Notes under the pieces: generated by a model
Database searches by the model: none
What the model was told of the DNA's origin: nothing
What the model saw: only the letters and a program-made list of their open reading frames with translations
Translations under genes and position numbers: made by a program
Assembly: GCA_032718475.1 (NCBI GenBank)
Contig: JAUCBJ010002810.1
Location: 1 to 38,664 of the forward strand
Length of the DNA stretch: 38,664 nt
DNA from: Nemertoderma westbladi
Taxonomy: Eukaryota; Animalia; Xenacoelomorpha
Reading direction: 5' to 3'
Shown: positions 28,032-38,304 of the stretch, piece after piece
Layout: every line of letters begins with the position of its first letter
Numbering within the stretch: position 1 is the stretch's first letter

Positions 28032-28754
28032 TTATGGTGTACCGAGGGAACTTCCCAATGTCCTTCTTGAAGCCTGCCGGATGAGTTTGTGTTGCCGTAC
28101 CTGCATCTTTGCTTGTGCAATGTGATCATCATCCTGCAATGTGTACAGGAAAGGCTCTAGCGAGTTAGGGTCATATAGCTTGATATTGGAAATACAACAG
28201 TGTAACCAATGTCTGATATCACCAGAACAGACATCCTGCGTTAATTGAAAGTCACTGCAGAGGGCAAGGGCATATAGACATACAAATATGCCACAGTCAT
28301 TGCGCCCAGGTCTCTGGAGCGGAAAGGGATTAGCATGCGACACAGTTTACCACGCATTAGGTACTCCCCGCACTATGTGATCAATTAGGTTTAAAAGATA
28401 ACATATACGTTTTGTGATGGTAGTTGGTTCCATAAACTGGCTAAGACTACATAGGGTATGGACAGAATGTTGCTTTAGATCTGCAATGTGTAGAACAAAG
28501 TGATCTTTGTGACAATCAGGGAAGAATATAAGTGATGTGGTGCCAATGTCGCAAGAGGAAGCAATATACTTAATGGCACTGGCAGTATCAAAGTTGTTCT
28601 GATGCAATTTACTGCACAAAGCGATGTCAATACAGCCAATTCTGTTTCCACCTTGAACACCCAGTAATGAGAGGAAGGAGTCCACTACCGTTGTTGTTAA
28701 TTTCTGACCAGGTTGGAAGTAACTCCAGTCAGGGTCACCTGGCTTTAAAAGCAC
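28032..28754 (-). pseudogene. Ulp1/SENP-like (peptidase C48) cysteine protease domain, one in-frame stop
   Basis: ORFs 28347-28754 and 28032-28343 share a frame, separated by a single TAA at 28347-28349. Motifs FQPGQKLTTTVVDSFL, LIFFPDCHKDHFVLHIAD (His) and PLQRPGRNDCGIFVCLYA (oxyanion Gln, catalytic Cys). The usual DSL Asp reads CSL here. Confidence 0.7.
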
Positions 28755-29139
28755 CAGTCCTTTATGCGAATGTTTGTATTAAAAATTGCATCTTTCACAC
28801 GTTCTTCATCATGAGATAGTTCTAGATCGGGGTATAATTTGTTATGTTCAACAGTAGTACCAGTACTGTGCTTGTGATGGTAACATCCAACATACCGAAC
28901 ATCATCAGAGTCTCCTTGCTTGGACTGGAGTACTGGTATTGGATTCATAGGATTGAATAATTTGGCACCTGGATCCAGCAAAGATTCCATGGGATCAGAG
29001 ACTTTCGCAGTGGTTTTTCTGAAGAAATCAGTGATCTTCCTGCTAGACTTACGGGTTTCCAAGAGCCATCATCTTGTAAGTCCTCTATTAAAACCGAATT
29101 ACAAGTAACTGAAGCAAATGGAGGGATTTGGGCGGGATC

Positions 29140-29268
29140 ATCCGGGGAGTTTACCTCCATCGCCTCTGGGATTAGGGTGGGATCCTCTGGGGAGTTTACC
29201 TCCATCGCCTCTGGGATTAGGGCATAATTCTCCGGAGAGTTTGCCTCTATCGCCTCTGGGATTAGGGA
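29140..29268 (-). repeat. Three in-frame 39-42 bp tandem repeats in the LINE 5' coding region
   Basis: GGAGTTT(A/G)CCTC(C/T)ATCGCCTCTGGGATTAGG occurs three times, encoding LIPEA(I/M)E(A/V)NSP repeats. Confidence 0.8.
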
Positions 29269-29754
29269 TATGATATGACGGTCAAAACTATTGCCAGTCT
29301 GCAACTGTGTGATTAATGAACTGACCGGTAAATCAGTAATCAGAGTAACTATATGATTGATACACATACATATTGATTTCACCTACCCAATGGATGCTCT
29401 TCTATCCTTCCCCACGTGCTTCCCTGCCCGCTATTGGCTTATATACTAATTGTCACTTTGACACTCCCTGTAGGTGTTACCCCCTGCTGCTAGTCTCGAC
29501 TAGATGAGTTCTTCCTCTGAGGTGGTTTGACCTCTCACCTCTCTCTGTGGCTTAGGGCGTGTGTCGCCCCCCCCCCCCCCCCCCGAGTTGGTTATGAGGC
29601 GAGATTGTGATTGGTAATCTCGTATCGCCAACTATATTGGTAAAATGCCACTGGTCCCCTTTTCGGGTGGGTAATGTAAGGGAATTGAATCCGCTTACAA
29701 AAGTCATTTTTTGCGAGTTTAAAACACCCTATGCTTGATCATCAGCCCTGTCAT

Positions 29755-31050
29755 TTAAAGGCAAAACACCCTACATCTAAAATCTGGTACATAGTGTATT
29801 TTGCCTTAAGTTTGCCATAGTGGCTGTGTGGGGAAGATATGTGGCTGTGCGGGGAGGATATGTGACTGTGGGGAAGATATGTGGCTGTGTGGGGAGGATA
29901 TGTGGCTGTGTGGTGAGGATATGTGGCTGTGGGGAAGATATGTGGCTGTGTGGGGAGGATGTGTGGCTGTGTGGGGAGGATATGTGACTGTGGGGAAGAT
30001 ATGTGGCTGTGTGGGGAGGATATGTGACTGTGTGGGGAGGATATGTGGCTGTGGGGAGGATATGTGGCTGTGTGGGGAGGATATGTGACTGTGTGGGGAG
30101 GATATGTGGCTGTGGGGAGGATATGTGGCTGTGGGGAGGATTTGTGGCTGTGTGAAGTATATGTGGCTGTGTGGAGTCAACTTATTGAAGCGCAATGCCA
30201 CTATGGGCATCCCACGTCCACTGGATCAACCCAAAGGAGTTCCCATAGACCGAGTCAATAAATTGATTCAACAACTTTGGCAAATAATTCCAAGAAATAT
30301 AATTGGTTTTTGGAATTAGTTAGTTAAAGTGTGATGGTGGATAGATAGATAGATTTTTTATTTATACATTATGTAAAAAACAATAACAAATACACCAAAC
30401 AATGTACCGGTATAAAGGTATTGTCCAACATAACATATAGGATTACTTGATTGTTTGATTTTGAGTTTTGGAAAACTGGTCACATGGTTTTACAGTAGCT
30501 AGCTAGAATATTTCTTAAAATTTTACGGGCAAATATGTAAATATAATCGATTGCCAAGAGTTTAGTTTGAGTACTTTATATTCATGGAATGGTAACTATG
30601 ATGACGTTATCAGGCAACCAATTATACAGAAATTGTCAGCTGTTTATCTCATGTTTATGAAATATAATTTGCATTATTTACCAAAACCCAACCCTTAACT
30701 ACAAAATTCCAAGTATAATTTCCACCCTGCAGTATTATTATTTGAAGATATTAAACTATTTGATACTACAGTAACTCTTGATAGACAATACACCCTATAT
30801 CAGTTTTCAGTTTCATTTGTCGCCAACATTTTCGAGGCAAAACACCCTATAAAATCCTTTCAGCATTTTTTAAGCTTCCAAATTACAAAAGTTGTGTATC
30901 TCGCATTTGAAATTCTAAGTTAGTATATTTGGGTGATTTGCAGTTCAAATTCTGGTATCCAGGCAGCTGTTTAACATACTTGTAGAAGAAAACGCGTTTC
31001 GTTAAATTACTCAAAACACGATTTTTTGGAGATAGGGTATTTTGCCTTAA
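29755..31050. mobile_element. Possible TTAA-flanked DNA transposon remnants (Kolobok-like ends)
   Basis: TTAAAGGCAAAACACCCTA at ~29755 and the inverted TAGGGTATTTTGCCTTAA at ~31033-31050. Further motif copies at ~29793-29809 and ~30835. Confidence 0.4.
29820..30172 (+). repeat. G-rich 19-21 bp minisatellite, about 17 copies
   Basis: Unit GTGGGGAGGATATGTGGCT(GT) in tandem. Confidence 0.92.
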
Positions 31051-31226
31051 GACGGCAGAGTAGGTTGAATAGGCCTGCGATTTCCATGTTGGTTAATCAC
31101 TACGAAAGTGAAAGAATAATGGTTACCGGTACAAGTGAAATGCCAGTGTTAAATAGTGCGTGTGGATTCATTATCTGATAGGCCTATTTATTATTATTTA
31201 CATTCATTATTCTGAAAATCAAGAAC

Positions 31227-31322
31227 ATAAACGCCTCTCCCCGCACCACAATATTAGATATTTAAACGCCCCCTCTAATAAACGCCTCCCCGATTGGCAT
31301 TTTATAAACATAAACGCCCGGG
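31227..31322 (+). repeat. Cluster of TAAACGCC motifs, probable small transposon remnant
   Basis: Four TAAACGCC copies within ~95 bp. Confidence 0.3.
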
Positions 31323-31772
31323 TACTTGAAACATTTTTAGCTGTTCGGAAATGTTTCGATTCATACATTGTGTAGGCCTACTGCAGGAGATGGTTTGGGT
31401 ATATTTATAGGCTGACATTATGTGAATAACCTATAATTAGCACATAATGTCTTGCATTTTTTATTGCATTAATTAATTTAGGCTGAGGCTGTTATTTCCA
31501 CTTCTTCCATCTTCACAAAAAAAATGTAAAGAAGGTAAATGACTGAGATAAAGATAAAAAAAGGTGTAAATGCTAGGCCTGATAATGACGCAGGGCGGCA
31601 AGCCTAATACACAATACGCATTGGCTGAATGACTGGCGTGAGATCTTTGAGAATTTCACAGCCATTGCAAGACTCTCGGTGTTGCACTGTCTGTTTTGCA
31701 GAAGCATGGAATGTATTGCATACACCCACACCACGCCGTTATTACCGAGCAGAAACGTGATTGACGTAAGAT

Positions 31773-32326
31773 TTAGGTAAAAGTGAAAGTGTTCGGAGAA
31801 CGTGCGTGGGATTCACAAACCACCCGAAGGCTCCACTCGTGGTTGTTAACTGTAAGGCAAAACGACACACTAACCCCCAAGGTTCAATATCTTCAACATC
31901 CAACCGTTTTCTTTACTCTCCCAGCATGCCAGGTTCCCATTACAGACAGATGGGTGCGCTGGTTCCCATTACAGACAGATTGGTGCGCTGGTTCCCATTA
32001 CAGACAGATGGGTGCGCTGGTTCCCATTACAGACAGATGGGTGCGCTGGTTCCCATTACAGACAGATGGGTGCGCTGGTTCCCATTACAGACAGATGGGT
32101 GCGCTGGTTCCCATTAAAGACAGATGGGTGCGCTGGTTCCCATTACAGACAGATGGGTGCGCTGGTTCCCATTATATACCGATCATTATAGCGAGTTCCC
32201 AGATGGGTGCGCTGAGGCGATTTCCTTAGAGTTAACATCTTAACGAAATCTGAGCTGTTACTTTTCTGGGGTTCGAACTCATGACCTTCAGGTTGATAGA
32301 CCGACGCTCTAATGATATACGATGCC
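31773..32326 (-). mobile_element. tRNA-headed SINE with an internal tandem amplification
   Basis: Minus-strand head GGCATCGTATATCATTAGAGCGTCGGTCTATCAACCTGAAGGTCATGAGTTCGAACCCC has a tRNA-like layout and a B-box (GTTCGAAC). Tail-like CACTTTCACTTTTACCT near 31775-31790. Confidence 0.55.
31932..32174 (+). repeat. 29-bp tandem repeat, 8 full copies plus a partial
   Basis: GGTTCCCATTACAGACAGATGGGTGCGCT, near-identical copies. Confidence 0.95.
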
Positions 32327-32510
32327 AACTGCTATAAGCGTAATCCTAATCAGTATAAGTATGACCGTTCGCAGAAGGCTTACTGTTAGTCCCTTCGCCC
32401 CGCAACAGTGCATCAATACAAAAAGGCCATAATGTACCAAATCACAGCTCCTCCGTGTCAAATGATCTAAAAGTTTATGGCTTATTAATGAAATACAACA
32501 AATCATATTA

Positions 32511-32516
32511 TTTATT
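32511..32516 (-). terminator. Candidate polyadenylation signal for UGP
   Basis: AATAAA on the minus strand ~700 bp downstream of the UGP stop, after a T-rich (minus-strand) UTR-like tract. Confidence 0.3.
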
Positions 32517-33049
32517 GGTTTCAAACGAAGTTACAAGTGGGTTGCAATAATTGTAATCAGGAGAACTAATAGTTAATAACACATTGCGTGAATGTACTAA
32601 TCTACAAAATACAATACCACCAAAAAGGCTAAATAATACACCATAAATACAAGATGAAATAAGTGAAGTTATAAACTATGTACAAGACACACGTATATAC
32701 CAATAAGTTTGCACTATTTTTGTGAACTGCTTTCTAAACATTTCGTACTGAAAAATGGACGAAATAAATATTAAACTAAATAAATCAAATTACATAAATA
32801 GACCCAAACAAACGTCTAAATACACAATATCGTATATAATAAATAAATCACACTATGAATTAATGACTATAAACAACAGTCACAGCACAAACCAATAATA
32901 TTTGAGTTCAAACAAATATAGAATAAGATGTAAAGGTCACCGGAAATAATAATCCCTAACAAATTGGTAGGCTCAATGTAATATCCTTTCACATCGTTCT
33001 CATATAAACAATAGGCCAAAGTCAGCAAAATGAAATTATAACAACCCAG

Positions 33050-33237
33050 TTCCCCAGTAATCTAATGATCCAATATTCGTAGGTTCCCAGTTACTAAGTT
33101 CCCCAGTAATCTAATGATCCAATATTCGTAGGTTCCCAGTTACTAAGTTCCCCAGTAATCTAATGATCCAATATTCGTAGGTTCCCAGTTACTAAGTTCC
33201 CCAGTAATCTAATGATCCAATATTCGTAGGTTCCCAG
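33050..33237. repeat. 49-bp tandem repeat (~3.8 copies) spanning the UGP stop codon
   Basis: TTCCCCAGTAATCTAATGATCCAATATTCGTAGGTTCCCAGTTACTAAG starts at 33050, 33099, 33148 and 33197. Confidence 0.95.
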
Positions 33238-34696
33238 AGACTATCTTATTCTCCAGAACTGATCCGCTGGGTATATCGATCCGATCCCCGTGATTGGCTA
33301 TTATAATGACAGTCCCGCGTAACGCCACGTCCCGTCCGAAGTTAACGTCCCCGGACACGGTGAGGTTGTCCAACTCCAACAGATCCGGAATGGACGGGAA
33401 CCGATGCAGGAAATCCTTGACCTTCTTGAAGCTGGTCCCGAGTTTAACCAACGGCGTCGACGGGAACATACGTGCCTCACTCATGGACAACGTGCCGCTC
33501 CCGAAGCTGTACAGGTTGGACATTATAAGGAGAAGATCAGACGTTGTCTTCACCGGGAGGAATCGACTCCGCGGTACGTTGACGCCCTGAGTGCGATCGA
33601 AGAGTTTAATCCCGGCGCCCACGGCTGTTTCCAACTGCAGCACGTTGATCCCGGAATCCAAGGTCTTAGGATTGCAGATTATGTCCAAGCGGAATCCCGA
33701 ACGCATCTCAACAGCGCGTTTGATCGAATCCAACCGGATCCAAATGTTATTCGTGTTGAATATCTTGAATTTGGTCACGGATTTGAACTCGTCCATGTGT
33801 TCCGGAGGTACTTGAGCGACTTCCAGAAGTTGCAGTTTCCCTTCGTAATCAATAAGCGTCCCGCCTTTAATATCGGCTCGCGTTTTATCGGTAACTTCCA
33901 TTAGGAATTCAACTGGGTTGGTCGGTTCGCTCATTAAGTAGTTTAAGATCGGGATATCGACAGTTGCCCCGAGATTGTCGATGTTGGACAGGAACAAATA
34001 CTCCTTACCGTCTCTTATGAACTCGTCGAGCATACCAGATTCGTACAACGACGCGTAGACGTCTCCGTGGCCCGGCGGGTACCAGCTATCCAGATCGTCG
34101 CCGCCCCATTCGCTCGTTATGGGCAGGAGGGTCTCCTTGTTGATCCGCGGGTAGACGTGCTGGTTGAAGGTCTTTATGACGACGCCACTGCCCGCGTACT
34201 TACGGAGCACCTTGGAGGTGTCGGTGTGGGTGTTGAACGAGTTCATGAGCACGAGCGGGACGTTGCATCCGTAGGTTGAGTTGAGCACCTCGATCTGTTG
34301 CACGTTGAGATCGAGGAATGTGAGATCGTCCCGCACTGGGATCACCGATTTGGGCCCGGAGCAACCCATCGTGGTACCGAGGCCGCCGTTCAGTTTAAAC
34401 ACTACGAGTTTATCAAGAAGGGCCTTATGATTCGCCGTCGGTTTCATTTCTGTTATAGAGGAATAATTCCGGATAAAGTCGCTCGGAGGAGAACAAACTT
34501 TACTCCAGTCGACAGAGGAAAATCGTTCGTCTATAAACTGTTTGAAGAGTTTCTGGAATCCGCGTAGATTCCGCTCTGCCCACAGTTTGTCTGACTTCGC
34601 CGACGCTATAAGCCCGTCTATTTCTACGGTCATGGCGTCTATCGAATCCTGCCCGCAGAACTCCATGCTCATACTGTGGCCTTTGGATCGTTTCAT
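33209..34696 (-). CDS. UGP2: UTP--glucose-1-phosphate uridylyltransferase (UDP-glucose pyrophosphorylase), 495 aa, intronless CDS
   Basis: Motifs KLNGGLGTTMGCSGPKS, WYPPGHGD, SNIDNLGA, DIKGGTL, FNTNN, QLETA, RSRFLPVK and the C-terminus VSGNLRILDH are typical of eukaryotic UGPase-A. An in-frame TGA lies upstream of the ATG. Confidence 0.96.
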   Translation of the reverse strand: MKRSKGHSMSMEFCGQDSIDAMTVEIDGLIASAKSDKLWAERNLRGFQKLFKQFIDERFSSVDWSKVCSPPSDFIRNYSSITEMKPTANHKALLDKLVVFKLNGGLGTTMGCSGPKSVIPVRDDLTFLDLNVQQIEVLNSTYGCNVPLVLMNSFNTHTDTSKVLRKYAGSGVVIKTFNQHVYPRINKETLLPITSEWGGDDLDSWYPPGHGDVYASLYESGMLDEFIRDGKEYLFLSNIDNLGATVDIPILNYLMSEPTNPVEFLMEVTDKTRADIKGGTLIDYEGKLQLLEVAQVPPEHMDEFKSVTKFKIFNTNNIWIRLDSIKRAVEMRSGFRLDIICNPKTLDSGINVLQLETAVGAGIKLFDRTQGVNVPRSRFLPVKTTSDLLLIMSNLYSFGSGTLSMSEARMFPSTPLVKLGTSFKKVKDFLHRFPSIPDLLELDNLTVSGDVNFGRDVALRGTVIIIANHGDRIDIPSGSVLENKIVSGNLRILDH

Positions 34697-35329
34697 GTTT
34701 GTGGGTTTTGTTTTACTTCAATACCTGCACTTATAATAACTACGTAGTTCTGCAGTAAACGACAACAAAGCCGAACCGGTACCGGGGAATATACTTTACT
34801 TCTGTACTTGTCGTGTGCTGCCAGACTGAGATCGTACCCTACGCAATTGGGAACTGGGCATTTCAATGACTTCACTCAGTTACACCACAGCCTCACAGCC
34901 ACACTAGTAGTGGGGTGGACATAAACAAGGAAAGCAGCATTTTAATCTTACACTAAAACATTGTGACATTTTCCCCCTTAATTCAGTAGCTACCTACAGT
35001 GTTAATGAGGTTGTTAACTCTAACTGTAATTAGTTAGGCAGCATAAGCAAACAGCTGATATCTCTATGATGAATTAAATGTGGATGTGATTGGTTGAATT
35101 AGAAGTTTATTACAACTTATGTCAGTAATAGTAAGTGATAACTAACTATAATTTTAATTGTTGTGTTATATTATTTACTGGATGTCTAGTAATTCTTGTG
35201 GTAAGCACAATAATGTTTATATTAAATCCTGTTATTTCTTCAATTTTACAGATAGGGGGGAAACTGGACGCAATAAAAATTCATCCCTCTCCAGGGGAAA
35301 TTCGACGCAAATATTTGACGCAAATATAA

Positions 35330-35925
35330 TTCGACACCTTCTGTTACCTGGGATCGGATCATGGATCCGGAAGTCGGACCTTCGAATACGTAAGGGAAAG
35401 GCATGGGCAGCCTAGAATAGGCTTTCCAGGATTTGGAAGTCACAGGGAATTAATCGGAAACTTACGGTCCGATTATTTAGAGCAGCAGTAGTCCCAGTAC
35501 TCCTCTATGGGAGTCCATACTCTGCTTTAACTGCCGAGGACACCAAATCTCTGGATGGCACATTCACAAGAATGCTACGTCGGGTTCATTGTATCAAGTA
35601 CAATGCACACATCTCCAACCAGACACTATATAACATTGGAAGTGTCTCATTGGTTCCCCCAAGCTTGACACCAGAACAAAGTCGCCTCCGCTTTGCAGGA
35701 CATTGCTTTCGCCGTGAGGACCAGCCAGTGCATAATCTTGTACTTTGGCAGCCTCATGGTGTGAATAAGCATGGTGGACAGCCAAAGGACACTGGTCTTG
35801 AAGATGCGGATGATCTAGCAAATGTCATGGGTGATAGGGAGTTGTAGCGGCGCAATTTTGTCGACAAGCCGGCACAGCATTATTAAAAATGCAGCTGCAA
35901 TGCAGCATGCCGATCCTAGTAGTAG
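35330..35925 (+). mobile_element. 3' fragment of an RTE-type LINE, degenerate
   Basis: Reads YLGS..DLRIRKGKAWAA..IWKS..VLLYG..LDGTFTRMLRR..RLRFAGHCFR..LVLWQP. (TAG)3 tail at 35917-35925. Same type as the element at 2740-4188. Confidence 0.75.
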
Positions 35926-36136
35926 CATAATCTTGTGCTTTGGCAGCCTCATGGAGAAAATAAGCATGGTGGATAGCCCATGACTTTCTTGAGACGCATC
36001 TTAATGGGCAATGGCCTTGAAGATGCGGATGATCTAGCAAATGTCATGGGTGATAGGGAGTTGTGGCGGTGCAATTTTGTCGACAAGCCTGCACAGAATT
36101 CTTACAAATGCAGCTGCAATGCAGCATGCCGATCCG
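35730..36136 (+). repeat. Diverged tandem duplication (~190-210 bp) of the RTE 3' end
   Basis: GCATAATCTTGT...GCAGCATGCCGATCC at ~35730-35916 recurs at ~35925-36136. Confidence 0.8.
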
Positions 36137-36453
36137 ACGCAAATAACAGCTGATTATTCTCAAAAATTAAACTGCAATTTTTATCTAAAATCAAAATTTA
36201 AAATTTTAATAGTTCTTTCTAGTCAATAATATATAATAATAAATATTGTTGCTGTAGGCTTCAGCAATCACTGAAATTAATTAGATCTAATGAATTAAAT
36301 ATACAACAGTATAATATCATATAATTTGAAAATGAAAATTATCATATTTCTGGGTTGCTTATAAATTATTTTAAAAATTGAAATTTTCGGCTTCAAATTT
36401 AGGAATATTTTTTCTGAAGAAACTATACCGATTCTAAATTTTCATCAGTCCTA

Positions 36454-36720
36454 CAACACCGAACAACTTATCACATCATAGACACATAGACCACATCAGC
36501 TGTCCCCAGCAGTAGGTTAGGCACTCTATTTACTTCTCTGTGTCACGAATCCTTTTTTGGAAACCTCTACTAATATCGTACCTACCAACACCGAACAACT
36601 TATCACATCATAGACACATAGACCACATCAGCTGTCCCCAGCAGTAGGTTAGGCACTCTATTTACTTCTCTGTGTCACGAATCCTTTTTTGGAAACCTCT
36701 ACTAATATCGTACCTACCAA
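36454..36720 (+). repeat. Perfect 132-bp tandem duplication
   Basis: CAACACCGAAC...TACCTAC starts at 36454 and again at 36586, with CAA microhomology at the junctions. Confidence 0.95.
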
Positions 36721-37152
36721 TTTAAAATGTCCGGACATGTCTTTAAAATAGTCATAGTCCTACTATAACAGGAAGGATGGCGATGAACATAAAACTTTTT
36801 TATTTAATTAACATTTGCATTTATTGATTTGAAAATGATATAGAAAATAATTTTAATTAACTTGTGTTTGAGTGTAATAATGTATAAAAGCAATAGTTGT
36901 TTAGAGGGTTACCCAGCAACATTTATCTAAATGTTGTATAGGGATTTAACGGTATATTACTTTCATTATTAGTCGTTAGCAATGTTAGAGAGACAAAATG
37001 AACCACGAATGCGTACAATAGATACGTAATTTACGCGAATCTGCTGACATTAATAACGTCACTTCTCATACCGTCACTTGCTTGTTTTGCCAACCCCTTA
37101 AATATTAAACTGCTTGAGGCCATATAATTAGTGTTATTGAGGTTGCGTAGCG

Positions 37153-37552
37153 GGCCCATGTGAAGAATACCAGACTTTCTGCCGTTATATTTCACTTTGC
37201 AGTTACCCCCATGTGAAGAATACCAGACTTTCTGCCGTTATATTTCACTTTGCAGTTACCCACATGTGAAGAATACCAGTTTTTCACCAAAAACACAGGT
37301 TACAGAAAGGCTGAATCTAACCAAAACAATAAACTAATTAGTATATGTACAGGTTATAAGACAGAAATAAGCAATAAATAAATCAGCAATAATATAATAA
37401 TAATATAATATAAGCAATAATATAATAATAATATAAGCAATAATAAAACAATAAAGATAAATTAAAAAAAATAAAAAATCATATAATTCATATATAAAAT
37501 TCCAATAAAAAGTCGACCGAAAAGTGAAATCCAGGTATTCTACTCATGGGCG
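37153..37552. mobile_element. 400-bp MITE with short TIRs and an 8-bp target-site duplication
   Basis: Ends GGCCCATGTGAAGAATACC and GGTATTCTACTCATGGGCG. Flanked by a perfect GCGTAGCG duplication (37145-37152 and 37553-37560). Internal 53-bp tandem repeat (37155, 37208, partial 37261) and an AAT-rich core. Confidence 0.75.
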
Positions 37553-38304
37553 GCGTAGCGAAATAAAAAGGTACAATTTTTGTGTGTAACTGGTTTTATA
37601 AGGATAACAAAAAATCTATCCATATTTTCCAAACTTTTTGTGTTTTTCGCGGACTGACAATGGTTTGACAGATTTGAGGCTATATTGAGATTTGAAACGG
37701 AACCACATTAGGCGGTTTACATTTATTAAATACAAACAATATTTAGTTGAAAATGTTGTAAATAGTGATAAAATAATGTTGATTTATGAAAATAAAATTT
37801 GAGAAAATCGCGCTTAGATTCCTCGTTTCTCGTTAAATCGTTGATAAAATAATTTTGTCTAAAACACTCCCATAAAGTTTTACCAATTATCTGCTTATAT
37901 AAGGAAAAATACATTTTAATTTATATTTTCAAGGGAAAATGATCCATTTTGAAAAAAAAACACTATTTGCCGACAGTAACTGATTCCAAATATAGAAGCC
38001 GTTGTCTATTTCGATCGAAGGTAAACAAATAGCATATTTCGAGTTAACTGAAGCGTGAAGAGCGGGTTGCGTGGGAGGGAATTTATACGCAGTGAGATTA
38101 GGTTATATAGTTGAGTGCAGTGTAAAAATAAATAATTATTAAACGTCTATCACTCATGGTTTTATTTTCTTAGGGAACTTAATATATATATAACGCATAG
38201 AATCCTTCATAGTTCAAAATAACCGCCTATCAAGTACATATTTTACCGTCGTTTCTATTTATTTACAAGCAGGTACACATTGGCGGAAGCAAACGAAAAC
38301 TCAC

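Larger units (their letters stand above)
23141..29400 (-). mobile_element. Degenerate near-full-length APE-RT LINE (CR1/L2/Crack-like group); boundaries approximate
   Basis: Broken ORF2 from ~26452 to 23470 and a broken ORF1-like region upstream on the same strand. AT-rich 3' tail (ATAAATAAAT on minus) near 23141. Many stops and frameshifts. Confidence 0.8.

Noticed and set aside
29806-30319. His/Pro/Ser-rich and Cys/Gly/Trp-rich ORFs
   Set aside because: Translations of the G-rich minisatellite.
31783-32229. 148 aa repetitive ORF
   Set aside because: Produced by the 29-bp repeat cycling through frames within a SINE.
32266-32326. tRNA gene
   Set aside because: A B-box is present but the A-box/D-arm and acceptor stem are degenerate, and the sequence continues into a SINE-like body.
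33294-34736. Plus-strand ORFs overlapping UGP
   Set aside because: Antisense shadows of a GC-rich CDS with no recognisable motifs.
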